A DNA stretch of 39,982 nt from Candidatus Iainarchaeum sp. (GTDB lineage Archaea; Iainarchaeota; Iainarchaeia; Iainarchaeales; GCA-2688035), in the NCBI GenBank assembly GCA_017610175.1, contig JAFCCO010000015.1, positions 1-39,982 of the forward strand, read 5' to 3'. The notes under the pieces were generated by a model. That model searched no databases. It had not been told where the DNA came from and saw only the letters and a program-made list of their open reading frames with translations. Position numbers and translations under genes: made by a program. Position 1 is the stretch's first letter; each line of letters opens with the position of its first letter. Of the stretch, positions 16,245 to 25,722 are shown one piece after another.

Positions 16245-16284
16245 AAAGGGAATGATTTAAATAAATTTAACCGTTAAAACAGCT

Positions 16285-16923
16285 ATGAAAAAGGCAGTTT
16301 TAACCGTGCTAGCTGTAATTGCATTAATTGCGCTGTTTTTTGTGCTTTTTTATTCAAGCCCTGTTGTGCTTTTGTCCGGAAAAAAGCCGGTTCAGGCTCC
16401 GGCAACAGACCTTAACTTTGCTGAATTTGATTCAAACACAGCCGCGCCCGAGCTGCCTGAGGGGCTTGGGTTTGCAGAGCTCTCAAACGGAAAAATCAGT
16501 CTTTATTCAAGGGATGGAGAGGTGCTTATTTCATTCCACGAACTTAATCCCTTCACTGAGGCGCCTGTTCTTGATGATTTGAGCAAGATGCCTGCGGGGT
16601 CAGAACTAACTGTTGATTACACTGAGTTGGGCGCAAGTGGATTCAAGTGGGGCTATCATTTCAAGCTTCCTTCGCTGAATTTTAGGGCCGGGTTGCTTGT
16701 TGAGGCGCAGAATAAAATTTCAATTCCCGATCCTGCAAGGGCAAGCCTGGTTGTGAACAGGACAAATCTTGATTTTGAGGATTTTGCCCAGTCGGGCTTT
16801 GGCCTTGTGCTTTCGCAAATCGATTCAAACACTGTTTTGATTTCTGTTTCCCGCGATTACAAAGAGGCTGACATAAATGTTGGAAACTGGGTTTACCTGG
16901 ACCCGTATGCTTTTTTGAATTAG
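16285..16923 (+). CDS. Hypothetical protein with N-terminal membrane anchor/signal peptide
   Basis: MKK plus hydrophobic helix; 212 aa. Confidence 0.75.
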   Translation: MKKAVLTVLAVIALIALFFVLFYSSPVVLLSGKKPVQAPATDLNFAEFDSNTAAPELPEGLGFAELSNGKISLYSRDGEVLISFHELNPFTEAPVLDDLSKMPAGSELTVDYTELGASGFKWGYHFKLPSLNFRAGLLVEAQNKISIPDPARASLVVNRTNLDFEDFAQSGFGLVLSQIDSNTVLISVSRDYKEADINVGNWVYLDPYAFLN

Positions 16924-16929
16924 AAAAAG

Positions 16930-17204
16930 TGTGGGCGTGCCTGAGAATGGGAGCAGGCATTAGGAAACAGTGGCATTGCCTTTGCTCGCTTCCGCTGTTC
17001 CCAAAGCATTTCCTGATGAAATTACCGTTGCTTTCTTCCGAACCTGGCGGGATTCATCTCAGCAAAAAATCTAAGGGGGCAGAAGGTCAACGCTACAGCA
17101 ATGGCTTTTTTCCTAAAGCGAGTGCCCCGCTTCACAGGCTTCGACTCCGGCATAAAGCGGATTTCCGGTTATAGGAGACCGCTAACTTCCCAGCCTAGCC
17201 CACA
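16930..17204 (-). ncRNA. ffs: Archaeal SRP (7S) RNA
   Basis: 5' GTGGGCTAGGCTGGGAAGTTAGCGG (Alu domain) pairs with 3' GCCCAC; helix 8 signature CCCGCCAGGTTCGGAAGAAAGCAACGG; T-tract after the 3' end; TATA-like box ~25 nt upstream. Confidence 0.92.
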
Positions 17205-17269
17205 GTATTATTGTGCCGAAAAGGGTTTTTTAAGGTTGCTTTCCCGCGCAAAAGCGGGAAGAACCCCCC

Positions 17270-18217
17270 TTACACGTCCTCTATCCCGTTTTCTGTTATG
17301 CGGTAGAGCGCCTCTCCGTCCGGGAGTGATGGTGAGTCAACAAGCTTTGCAACCCTTTTGTCGCCCTTGCTTTTTCTCAGGTATAGTCGGGTCTTGCTTG
17401 CGTGCGCCACAATGTTTCCGCCAACCGGTGCGGTCGGGTCTCCAAACATTATGTCCGGCCTTTCCATTACCTGGTTTGTCACAAGGACTGCGATGTTTTC
17501 CATTTCCGCAATTTTCATTAGCACCCTCATGTGCCTGTTTAGCTTCTGCTGCCTGCCCGCAAGCTGTCCCCTTCCCACAAATTCTGACCTGAATTGCGCC
17601 ATAAGCGAGTCAACAATCAAAAGCTTGATGTTTTTTTCCTTAATCATTTCTGTTGCTTTTTCTGCGAGAAGCATTTGGTGGTCTGAGTTGTAAGCGCGGG
17701 CCACAAAAATGTTTTTCAAAACCTTTTGGGGATCAAGCCCTAAAAATTTTGCAACCTGGGTCGTTCTTTCCGGCCTGAAGCTGTTTTCACTGTCAATGTA
17801 GAGGCAGTTTCCTCCAAGGCCGCCTTTTTCTTTTGGGAGCTGCACAGTAACTGAAGTTACAAAGCACCACTGTGATTTTCCGGAAGCGTACTTTCCGTAA
17901 ATTTCAGTTATGCTCTGTGTTTCAATTCCGCCCCCTATTAATGTGTCGAGCTCTTTGCTTCCTGTTGTGATTTTTCCAACAAGTTCCCTTTTCTTTGCAA
18001 GCACGTCCGCAGACTCGTAGCCCATTTCAAGCGCGTCCCTTGCCGCCTTGATTGCCTTGTCGGCGGTTATTTCCCCAAGGGTTGCCGCTTCCTGCAGTTC
18101 CATTGGCGATGCCACTGCAACGGCTTCAAGTGTTTTGTACCCCGCAGCCATAAGCTTTTCTGCCGCCTGTGGCCCTATTCCGGGCAAATCAGTTATGCTC
18201 TTTATTTCTTTTCCCAT
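17270..18217 (-). CDS. radA: DNA repair and recombination protein RadA
   Basis: DLPGIGP HhH, ITTGSKELD, GKYASGKSQ, FRPER, LLIVDS, LVDSPSLP; SD GAGGAG before ATG 18217. Confidence 0.97.
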   Translation of the reverse strand: MGKEIKSITDLPGIGPQAAEKLMAAGYKTLEAVAVASPMELQEAATLGEITADKAIKAARDALEMGYESADVLAKKRELVGKITTGSKELDTLIGGGIETQSITEIYGKYASGKSQWCFVTSVTVQLPKEKGGLGGNCLYIDSENSFRPERTTQVAKFLGLDPQKVLKNIFVARAYNSDHQMLLAEKATEMIKEKNIKLLIVDSLMAQFRSEFVGRGQLAGRQQKLNRHMRVLMKIAEMENIAVLVTNQVMERPDIMFGDPTAPVGGNIVAHASKTRLYLRKSKGDKRVAKLVDSPSLPDGEALYRITENGIEDV

Positions 18218-18340
18218 GATTAATCTCCTCCTTGCCCTGGCTTTTTGTGGCTTGCTTTTGGGAAAAAGCACGCCGCTTTAGTCGGGCACTACAAGAAGTT
18301 TGTTTGATTTCCTTTAAAAGCTTTTGAGAGTGGATTTCCA

Positions 18341-19657
18341 CTATTGGAATGAGATTTCCCTTGCATTGAATTCAAGTTCCTGTGAAAAGCTGTTCATTTT
18401 GGGAAAGCCTGTTGCCGTAATTTTTTTCCCAACAAGTGTTTCTTTCAGTTCTGCAATCAGCTGTTCTGCCGTGTTCACTTCAAGCCTTTTTGCAAGCTCG
18501 TCCTTGCTTAAGCCCATTGCTTTTTCTGCAACCTCCGCAAACAGCACTGCCTTAATTTCCCCGCCATCGTCTTTCAGCCTTAATCCAAGCACTGCTCTTA
18601 TGTCGGGCTCAACCTCGCCGCATGCTTCGCAGACATAGTTGCCATCCATTGCGTCAACTTTTTTCCCGCACTTCGGGCAGACGTTGAATCTTAATTTTCC
18701 CGGCATTATTTCCGCAACCTCTGCGCCAAGTCTAATGTACCTGTCCCCTTCCTTTAACTCTGAGATTTTCTTTTCCTTGAATTCAATTCCGCGCGCCTGC
18801 ATTTCGGATGCGGGCGGCAATGCATTGCCTCCGCCCGGGTTGCTTAAAATTCTTGCCCTGAACCCGAGGTGCAGTTCAACCCCCTTCATCCCGTCCTTTG
18901 TGTATGCGCCCTCAATTTTTACCGCTTCACCCAGTGGGTGCTTTTTTAGTTCGTCAACGATGTCGTTCCAGGCCGTTGCCCTGATTACCGCGCCCTCGTC
19001 CCCAATCATAAAGTTTGCAACCCTTCCCTTTCGCCCCTCTTTTTCAAAGTTTGTTTCGGGGAACACGCGAAGAATTCTTGCAATAACGCTTGCGTCGCTT
19101 TCCCTTACCTTTAGTTCCGCAAGCTTTACAAGGTTTTCATCAATTTTGGGAAGTTCCTCTCCCTTTCCCTCAGGGTTTACTTCCATTTTTCCGTTGTATG
19201 AAAGGTTTAGCTGGGGGGTTTCCTTGTATGCGGTAACATAGCAGTTTTGCAAAAGCAGTATTGTTCCGCGCTGCACTTTTTCCTCATCCAGTTTTTTAAC
19301 ATCCCTGCCCCAGATTGTAAGCCTTATTTCTCCCGTGGAGTCCGCAATTATTGCGCTGCAGAGCATTCCCTTTTTGCCGTTTTTCTCAAACTTTTTGGGG
19401 GAGAAAACCTGCTTTACGCGCGCAAGTGCTTCAACATTGTTCATTCCTTCCTTAAGCTGTGAAATTTCAAGCCTTTCAAGGGTTTTTTGCTCAAGATTTA
19501 ACTCCACACCGAGCTCTTTTGCAACCATTAATGCCGCGCCGCTCTCTGTTAAAAGCCCGGAGAATTTCTCCATTTTAACGTTTACAAGACCTTTTACCTC
19601 TTCTTCGGTCTTTTTGGTGGCTGAAATTATCTTTTGAAGGGTTTCTGCGCTTTCCAT
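18341..19657 (-). CDS. rpa: Replication protein A (multi-OB-fold ssDNA-binding protein with Zn finger)
   Basis: Repeated OB folds (IADSTGEIRLTIW, IGDEGAVIRATAW, LKDDGGEIKAVLF), CPKC...CEAC. Confidence 0.92.
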   Translation of the reverse strand: MESAETLQKIISATKKTEEEVKGLVNVKMEKFSGLLTESGAALMVAKELGVELNLEQKTLERLEISQLKEGMNNVEALARVKQVFSPKKFEKNGKKGMLCSAIIADSTGEIRLTIWGRDVKKLDEEKVQRGTILLLQNCYVTAYKETPQLNLSYNGKMEVNPEGKGEELPKIDENLVKLAELKVRESDASVIARILRVFPETNFEKEGRKGRVANFMIGDEGAVIRATAWNDIVDELKKHPLGEAVKIEGAYTKDGMKGVELHLGFRARILSNPGGGNALPPASEMQARGIEFKEKKISELKEGDRYIRLGAEVAEIMPGKLRFNVCPKCGKKVDAMDGNYVCEACGEVEPDIRAVLGLRLKDDGGEIKAVLFAEVAEKAMGLSKDELAKRLEVNTAEQLIAELKETLVGKKITATGFPKMNSFSQELEFNAREISFQ

Positions 19658-19755
19658 TCTATTAATTTGCTGACTGGAAAATTTTTTAATAGAAACAGCC
19701 AATTGTTATGTATAAGCTACGCTTTTTATTTGTTTTTGCTTACTCTTTCATCTGC

Positions 19756-20415
19756 ATGATTGAAGCAATTAAGCCAAACCTTTTCGTATTCTACAGCCCG
19801 AACCAGGGGAGCAATGCATACCTTTTGGTCGGCAAGAAGACAATTTTGATTGACACAAGCGACTCCAACAATTCCTCAACCCTTAAAGAGGAACTTAAGG
19901 AAATCGGTTTTGCCCCAAAGGACATTGACCTGGTTTTGTTCACGCACGGGCACTGTGACCACTTTTCCGGAGCAAAGCAGTTCCAAAAAGCAACCCTTAG
20001 GATGCACAGGCTTGATGCCGATTACGTTAACAACCACGATGAAATGTACACCGCCTCAAACATTTTTGAGTCAAAATATTTCCCCGAGATTTCGGCTTTC
20101 CTTGACGACAACGAAGTTATTGAGGCCAAGCCATTCAAGCTAAAGGTAATTAAAACACCGGGCCACACACAGGGAAGCGTTTGCTTTTATGACGCAGAGC
20201 AGAAACTTTTGTTCTCGGGCGATTTGATTTTCAAGTCAGGCGTTGGGCGATTTGACTTGCTTTCCGGAAACAAGCAGGATTTGGTGAAGTCAATCAAGTC
20301 GGTTGAAAAGCTTGACTTTGATTTGCTTTTGCCAGGCCACGGTTTGGTTGTTAAGGAACAGCAAAAGGAGAACATTGAATTTGCGCTGAAAACAATTTCA
20401 GGTTCATTTATATAG
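19756..20415 (+). CDS. MBL-fold metallo-hydrolase (glyoxalase II-like)
   Basis: THGHCDH, TPGHT, SGD, PGHG. Confidence 0.92.
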   Translation: MIEAIKPNLFVFYSPNQGSNAYLLVGKKTILIDTSDSNNSSTLKEELKEIGFAPKDIDLVLFTHGHCDHFSGAKQFQKATLRMHRLDADYVNNHDEMYTASNIFESKYFPEISAFLDDNEVIEAKPFKLKVIKTPGHTQGSVCFYDAEQKLLFSGDLIFKSGVGRFDLLSGNKQDLVKSIKSVEKLDFDLLLPGHGLVVKEQQKENIEFALKTISGSFI

Positions 20416-20446
20416 TTGTTTTAACCCATTAATTTTTGGTGAAACC

Positions 20447-21226
20447 ATGAAAGAGGGCAAGGTTTACAAAAAAATAACAAGGCTTATTGACGAGACCGGC
20501 GGGCTCACATTTATGCAGCTTGACCCTCCAAACTTTGATCCTGAGACAAGCGGGAAGATTGCAAAGATTGCCGAAGAGAATGGGGTTAATGCGCTTGCGG
20601 TCGGCGGCTCGGTTGGGGCGCAGGGCAGAATTCTTGACGACTCAATTAAGCGGATTAAGGAAAACTCTTCAATTCCGGTAATTCTTTTTCCGGGAAACAT
20701 CGCAACACTGAGCAGTAATGCCGACGCAATTTACTTCATGTCAATGCTGAACAGCAATGACCCCTACTGGATTTCGGGCGCGCAGATTGGCTCAAGCCTC
20801 CCCATTAAAAAAATGGGGCTTGAAGTGATTCCAACCTCTTACATTATTATCGAGCCGGGCGAAGCCGTTGGCTGGATGGGCCGAGCGCAATTGATTCCAA
20901 GGCACAAGTCCTACCTTGCGGCGGTTACAGCACTTGCAGGCGAATATCTTGGAAGCAAGCTTATTATTCTTGAATCAGGCGGCGGCTCTCCAACATGCGC
21001 TCCAAAAGAGATGATTGCAGCGACAAAGAAAGTGGTTGATGTTCCCCTTCTTGTTGCAGGTGGGGTAAGAACTGAGAAGGCGGCCTATGAAACAATCAAG
21101 GCAGGCGCCGACATTATTCAGGTTGGTTCCACTTTTGAGGCAAGCAAGGGCAACCTCAAGGAAATGGCCAAAAAGTTCAGCACAATCACCGGCGCCGTTA
21201 AAAAGGCCGGAAAGGAAAAAAGGTAA
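20447..21226 (+). CDS. Geranylgeranylglyceryl phosphate synthase (PcrB/GGGPS family)
   Basis: LDP, VGGS, PVILFPG, MSMLNS.DPYWI.GAQ, YIIIEPG, LESGGG, AGGVR, AGADII.VG. Confidence 0.93.
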   Translation: MKEGKVYKKITRLIDETGGLTFMQLDPPNFDPETSGKIAKIAEENGVNALAVGGSVGAQGRILDDSIKRIKENSSIPVILFPGNIATLSSNADAIYFMSMLNSNDPYWISGAQIGSSLPIKKMGLEVIPTSYIIIEPGEAVGWMGRAQLIPRHKSYLAAVTALAGEYLGSKLIILESGGGSPTCAPKEMIAATKKVVDVPLLVAGGVRTEKAAYETIKAGADIIQVGSTFEASKGNLKEMAKKFSTITGAVKKAGKEKR

Positions 21227-21230
21227 GGCC

Positions 21231-22133
21231 TTATTTTTCCAGCCCTGCAACGGTTTCAAAAACCGCTTTTTTAAGTTCAAACATTGGTTTCCACCCAAGC
21301 TTGCTTATTTTTACGGTGCTGTAATTTCTCTCCCTCACAAGCCGTTGGATGTGCTGTGGGAGCACAACTGTTTTTTTGCCGGTTACTTTTGAAACGGCAA
21401 GGTAAATGTATGAAAGGATTTTTCCAAGCCACACAGGAATTGTTTCAACCTCTCCTTTGAAGCCGAGTTCTTTTTTTATCAGCCCGTAAAGTTCCTTAAG
21501 CGTTGGCTTCTCTTTTCCCGCAACAATGTAAGTTTCCCCCGAGCACTCGCTTTTTCCAAGCACGAACAAAAGCGCTGAAACAAGGTCCTTTACATAAATC
21601 GTCTGGAACAGATTTTTTCCGGAGCCAATTAGCGGAAACTTTTTCTTCGCAAGCTTTGCAATCCCTTTCCAGTACCTGTTGGGCCCCAGAACGAGCGCGC
21701 TTCTGAGTATTGTTATTGGAAGCATTTCCTGGCTTTCCCAAACTATTTTTTCCCCTCTTGCCTTTGTTGTTTCGTACATTGTTTCAGGTTCAATTGCGGA
21801 ATGTTCGTCAACAAGCCCTTTAACCCGTGCATGCACTCCAACGGTGCTTAAGTAAATCAGCTGCTCAACACCGGCTTTTGCGCTTGCGTCCACAACGTTC
21901 TCCGTTCCCTTTACGTTAACCTCAAGCATTTGCTTTGGCTTTGTTTCGTCAAGCACTGCCGCAAGATGAAACACCGCGTTCTTTCCCTTGGCCACTTTTT
22001 TCAGCTGCGCAAGGTCAAGTATATCGTTGCCGAGTGCGGAATCAAAGCCGTCTACTTTGTGCCCTTTTTTCTTCAGCTCTGAAACAAGTTGCTTTCCTAC
22101 AAAGCCCTCGCTTCCGGTTACAAGGATTTTCAT
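21231..22133 (-). CDS. NAD-dependent epimerase/dehydratase (extended SDR)
   Basis: ILVTGSEGFVG, VFHLAA, NVKGT, YETTK (YxxxK). Confidence 0.9.
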   Translation of the reverse strand: MKILVTGSEGFVGKQLVSELKKKGHKVDGFDSALGNDILDLAQLKKVAKGKNAVFHLAAVLDETKPKQMLEVNVKGTENVVDASAKAGVEQLIYLSTVGVHARVKGLVDEHSAIEPETMYETTKARGEKIVWESQEMLPITILRSALVLGPNRYWKGIAKLAKKKFPLIGSGKNLFQTIYVKDLVSALLFVLGKSECSGETYIVAGKEKPTLKELYGLIKKELGFKGEVETIPVWLGKILSYIYLAVSKVTGKKTVVLPQHIQRLVRERNYSTVKISKLGWKPMFELKKAVFETVAGLEK

Positions 22134-23468
22134 AATGTCAAATTAATTTGGAAATTAATCTATTTAAACAGATACCACATATTTACCTATCAGCGGGTGT
22201 TTTTGTTGAATCACACAATTTTTTTGCTTTACACAAAGGTTCACGGTGATTTTGACAGCATTCCAAAGGACGTGAAAAACGTAATAGTCGGGATGTTTTT
22301 CTATGTTCTTGCATGGGGAATTTTTGACCCGTTTATCTCAATTTTTATCCACTCAATTGTCGGAAACTATTCCATTGCCGGCGTAATTTACGGCCTTTCG
22401 TTTTTGATTGGGGCGGGCTTTGCAATGCCTGTGGGAGACCTTGCCGACAAGGTGAACAAGATAAAGTATTCTTACAGGTCAATCTTGCTTTACCCTGTTG
22501 TTGGGCTTCTTTACTTTTTTGCGGCGCAGTTTTCCGGAGTGGTTGCACTTGCCCTTCTTTTGGCGGGCAGGGTTCTCAACGGAGTTCTTGCCCTGTTTTG
22601 GATAATGATTGAGGGGTTCATTAGGCTCAAGTCCCCTAAGGGGGAAACATCGGCAACATTCGGGCTTTATATCACAACTTACAAGCTTGCATATGTTGTT
22701 GCCCCATTGTTCACAATCCCGCTTGTTTTGTTTTTAGGAGTTGGTTTGGAAAATGTTCACCTGCTTGCTTTGGCGTTAATTCCTTTTCCAATCATTGCGG
22801 CGTTTATAATTTCAAGAACCAGGGACGGCGGGGAATCACTTAAGCAGGGAATCAACGATGTTGTTGTAAAGGACAGGGTCTTTTTGAAAGAGATTGCCGA
22901 CCTGAAGAAAATTGGCGCGCCGGCTTTTGTTTGCCTTCTCTTGGGTTTCTTCATTAAGGCAATTGACTCAATAATTTTTTTCCTTGTTCCGCTTTTTGCA
23001 ATCTCCCTTAATATGAGCCTTATCGAACTTTCAATTCTCTTCGCGCTCATAAATATTCCTTACCTTTTCTCGTTCTTTTTTGCAGAGCTTGCCGACAGCT
23101 TTGGCAAGGCAAATGTGATTGCGGTTGGGTTTGCAGCCTCCGCAATTGCCCTTATGGCAATCGGGCTCACGCCCTTGCTTGGAGCCACATTTTATGCAGC
23201 CTGCTTTGCGCTTGGATTGATTTTGGCTGTGTTGCGCCCTGCAGTCAACGGCCTGATAACTGACATAACTCCGCGTGCAAATGACGGGGAGATGACAGGG
23301 ACTTACACAATGGTTTTCAGAACAAGCGGGTTTGTAACCCCAATCGCTTTCGGGCTTCTTTCCGAGAGCTTTGGTTTGGCTTCCCCTTTTATGGCGCTCT
23401 CGGTTTTCCTGCTTGCAATGGCGGTTGTAACACTTATCGTAAAAAGAAAGATTGTTGTTAATATTTAG
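22089..23468 (+). CDS. MFS transporter (true start probably ~22200)
   Basis: ~12 hydrophobic helices; GDLADKVNK and ELADSFGK MFS loop motifs. Confidence 0.88.
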   Translation: MLSYKALASGYKDFHNVKLIWKLIYLNRYHIFTYQRVFLLNHTIFLLYTKVHGDFDSIPKDVKNVIVGMFFYVLAWGIFDPFISIFIHSIVGNYSIAGVIYGLSFLIGAGFAMPVGDLADKVNKIKYSYRSILLYPVVGLLYFFAAQFSGVVALALLLAGRVLNGVLALFWIMIEGFIRLKSPKGETSATFGLYITTYKLAYVVAPLFTIPLVLFLGVGLENVHLLALALIPFPIIAAFIISRTRDGGESLKQGINDVVVKDRVFLKEIADLKKIGAPAFVCLLLGFFIKAIDSIIFFLVPLFAISLNMSLIELSILFALINIPYLFSFFFAELADSFGKANVIAVGFAASAIALMAIGLTPLLGATFYAACFALGLILAVLRPAVNGLITDITPRANDGEMTGTYTMVFRTSGFVTPIAFGLLSESFGLASPFMALSVFLLAMAVVTLIVKRKIVVNI

Positions 23469-23482
23469 TTTGGTGAAAAAAA

Positions 23483-24538
23483 ATGCCTGAATTTGTTGAG
23501 ATTGACGGATCCATTGGAGAGGGAGGGGGCCAGGTTTTGAGGACAAGCTTTGCTTTGGCTGCGCTTCAGGGAAAGCCGATTAAAATTTCAAACATCCGTG
23601 CCTCGCGCCCCAAACCGGGCCTTAGTCCGCAGCACCTTACGGCACTTCAAACCCTTTCAAGCATTTGTGGGGCAGGGATTGAGGGGGCTTTGCGGGGAAG
23701 CGAAAGCGTTTCGTTCATTCCCGGTGAAATTAAGGATTCACAGCTTGCAATCAACATTGGAACAGCGGGAAGCATTTCACTTTTGCTCCAGCAGCTTCTT
23801 CCGGCCGCTCTAAAGTCCAAGTCAAGAATTCGCATTGTTGGTGGCACAAATGTTGATTGGTCTCCCCCGATTGAATTCATGCAGCATCTCTTTTTCCCTT
23901 TGCTCAAAAAAATGGGCGCAAAGTTTAATTTGAGCGTTTCAAAGCGCGGCTATTACCCCAAGGGCAGGGGGATAGTGACTTTTTTAAGCTCAAAGGCAAA
24001 GCTTCCGCTCAAGCCAATTAATCTTGATGAATTTCAGGGCCTGCAGGGGGTTTCTGTTTTTTCGCACTCAAGCAACCTTCCACGGGAAGTAAGCGTTAAT
24101 CAGGCGAAGTCCGCGGAAAACCTTATTCGCGCGGAATTTCCGGATGCAATATTTGCCGAAACCATTGAGTCAAAAAACCCCTCTGACACAATTGGAAGCG
24201 GGATAACACTCATTGCGTCTGACGCAGGCAGGAATAAGTTAAGCGGTTCCGCTCTTGGAAGGCGGGGAAAGCCAGCCGAGCAGGTTGGAAAGGAGGCTGC
24301 GGAAAAACTGCTTGCCCACATTAAGCAGGGAAAAGCGGTTGATTCATTTACCGCCGACCAGTTGATTCCGTTTATGGCTCTTGCAAAGGGATATTCAACA
24401 ATCCATTGCTCCAGACTTTCACAGCACTGCCTCACAAATATTACTGTGTGCGAAAAGCTTCTTGGGGTAAAATTTGGCGTCAAGGGCTTAATTGGGAAAC
24501 AGGCCGAGATTTCTGTTGAGGGAACGGCCTTTACCTGA
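23483..24538 (+). CDS. rtcA: RNA 3'-terminal phosphate cyclase
   Basis: IDGSIGEGGGQVLR, RPKPGL.PQH, GTAGS, GGTNV.WSP, RGYYPKGRG, ADQL, HCLTN. Confidence 0.96.
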   Translation: MPEFVEIDGSIGEGGGQVLRTSFALAALQGKPIKISNIRASRPKPGLSPQHLTALQTLSSICGAGIEGALRGSESVSFIPGEIKDSQLAINIGTAGSISLLLQQLLPAALKSKSRIRIVGGTNVDWSPPIEFMQHLFFPLLKKMGAKFNLSVSKRGYYPKGRGIVTFLSSKAKLPLKPINLDEFQGLQGVSVFSHSSNLPREVSVNQAKSAENLIRAEFPDAIFAETIESKNPSDTIGSGITLIASDAGRNKLSGSALGRRGKPAEQVGKEAAEKLLAHIKQGKAVDSFTADQLIPFMALAKGYSTIHCSRLSQHCLTNITVCEKLLGVKFGVKGLIGKQAEISVEGTAFT

Positions 24539-25679
24539 TTTTTTCAAGCAGGTAGCTTCTGTTTTTGAAGAACAACTTTCCCTGCTCGATTATCTTGTTT
24601 TCAGCCTCTTCATTGCTCATGTTGATTGTTTCCTGCACAAAAGAGTAATTTCTTCCAAGCCAGAGCGGAATCAATGCATCAATTACCCTGTCTGAATCTT
24701 CTTTAAATGAAGCAATGCAGTCGAACACTATTTGGCTCCAGAGCTCTGAATCAATTGCCGGAACATCCATTTCACCAACTTTGCCAAACGTTTCCTCGCT
24801 TAGAACTGCCTTCCAGTTTTCAAGCTGCCCGGACTTTCCCAGTTTAAAATTTTCAAGCATTTTTTCCGCGTTAACCTCGAGCTCCTGCGGCTCAACAAAG
24901 CCCTCTTTTTCAAGAACCTCTACATCGTTTACTTTTGTAAGTTTTTCCCATTTCTCGTGGTTTTCTGAAACGATTCCAAACAGCGTTCCCACAACCTGCT
25001 CAAACATTGGCTTAAGGTTTGCGCTTGGGTCCTTTGCGTCGTGAACCTTGCTCCCGAGGAAAACCTGCTTTACTTTAAAGCCGTTTAGCACGGCGTTTGA
25101 AGTCATGAAAATGTCTATTCCGAATTTTGCAACATTGCTTTGCCAGTCAGCCTTTTTCAGCCAGAACTCTGCAAGCCTTGCTGAGAACGAAAAGTCACCG
25201 CCAATCGGCTGCCTTATGTTGTGGCAGAACAGCCCGTAAGTTGTTGGAAAGCATATTTGGTTTGTTATTGTCCCATCGTATTTGTGCCTGCTGTAGTTTG
25301 GGGTGCAGTAGTCAACCCCGTTTACAAGAGGGGTTATCATTTTCTTAATCCATCCCCCGCGGATGCTTCTCAAATCCGAGTCCACAACAACAAAATATTT
25401 TGCGCCCTTTTCCAGCCCAATTTCCCAAATGTCCTTGAACGCACTCCCTTTTCCCGGAACCGGATTTTTGTATGTAACAAACAGCTTTTCGGTTTCTGTT
25501 TCAACGGCTTCAAACACTTCCTTTGTTTTGTCCGTGCTCCCCCCGTCCGAATTTACAATCAGGGCCTTTTTATTTGGAAAGAACTCTCTTAACCCCTTGT
25601 CAACCTGTTCCACAACAAAAGCGATTGTATCTGCATTGTTGTAGCTTGGAATTCCAACCAGAATTTCTATCTCACTCAT
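24531..25679 (-). CDS. GT-A glycosyltransferase, glucosylglycerate/mannosylglycerate synthase-like
   Basis: VGIPSYNNADTI, SDGGSTD, GKGSA, DSDLRSI, YSRHKYDGTITN, RQPIGGDF, FGIDIFMT, KVHDAKDP. Confidence 0.85.
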   Translation of the reverse strand: MSEIEILVGIPSYNNADTIAFVVEQVDKGLREFFPNKKALIVNSDGGSTDKTKEVFEAVETETEKLFVTYKNPVPGKGSAFKDIWEIGLEKGAKYFVVVDSDLRSIRGGWIKKMITPLVNGVDYCTPNYSRHKYDGTITNQICFPTTYGLFCHNIRQPIGGDFSFSARLAEFWLKKADWQSNVAKFGIDIFMTSNAVLNGFKVKQVFLGSKVHDAKDPSANLKPMFEQVVGTLFGIVSENHEKWEKLTKVNDVEVLEKEGFVEPQELEVNAEKMLENFKLGKSGQLENWKAVLSEETFGKVGEMDVPAIDSELWSQIVFDCIASFKEDSDRVIDALIPLWLGRNYSFVQETINMSNEEAENKIIEQGKLFFKNRSYLLEKIR

Positions 25680-25722
25680 TTAACCACAATCAATTTAAAT
25701 CACGCAAGCAATTAAATAGGTT

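Noticed and set aside
16929-17592. RNase P RNA, or the protein-coding ORFs 16929-17174 and 17101-17592
   Set aside because: The region has SRP helix 8 and Alu signatures, not the RNase P P4 motifs; the ORFs are antisense to SRP RNA and radA.
17270-18217. Intein in RadA; introns in the tRNAs
   Set aside because: RadA is normal length, and all five tRNAs are 72-75 nt with uninterrupted 7-nt anticodon loops.
23483-24538. Inactive Rcl1-like cyclase
   Set aside because: The catalytic His is retained (SQHCLTN) along with the RGYYPKG motif.
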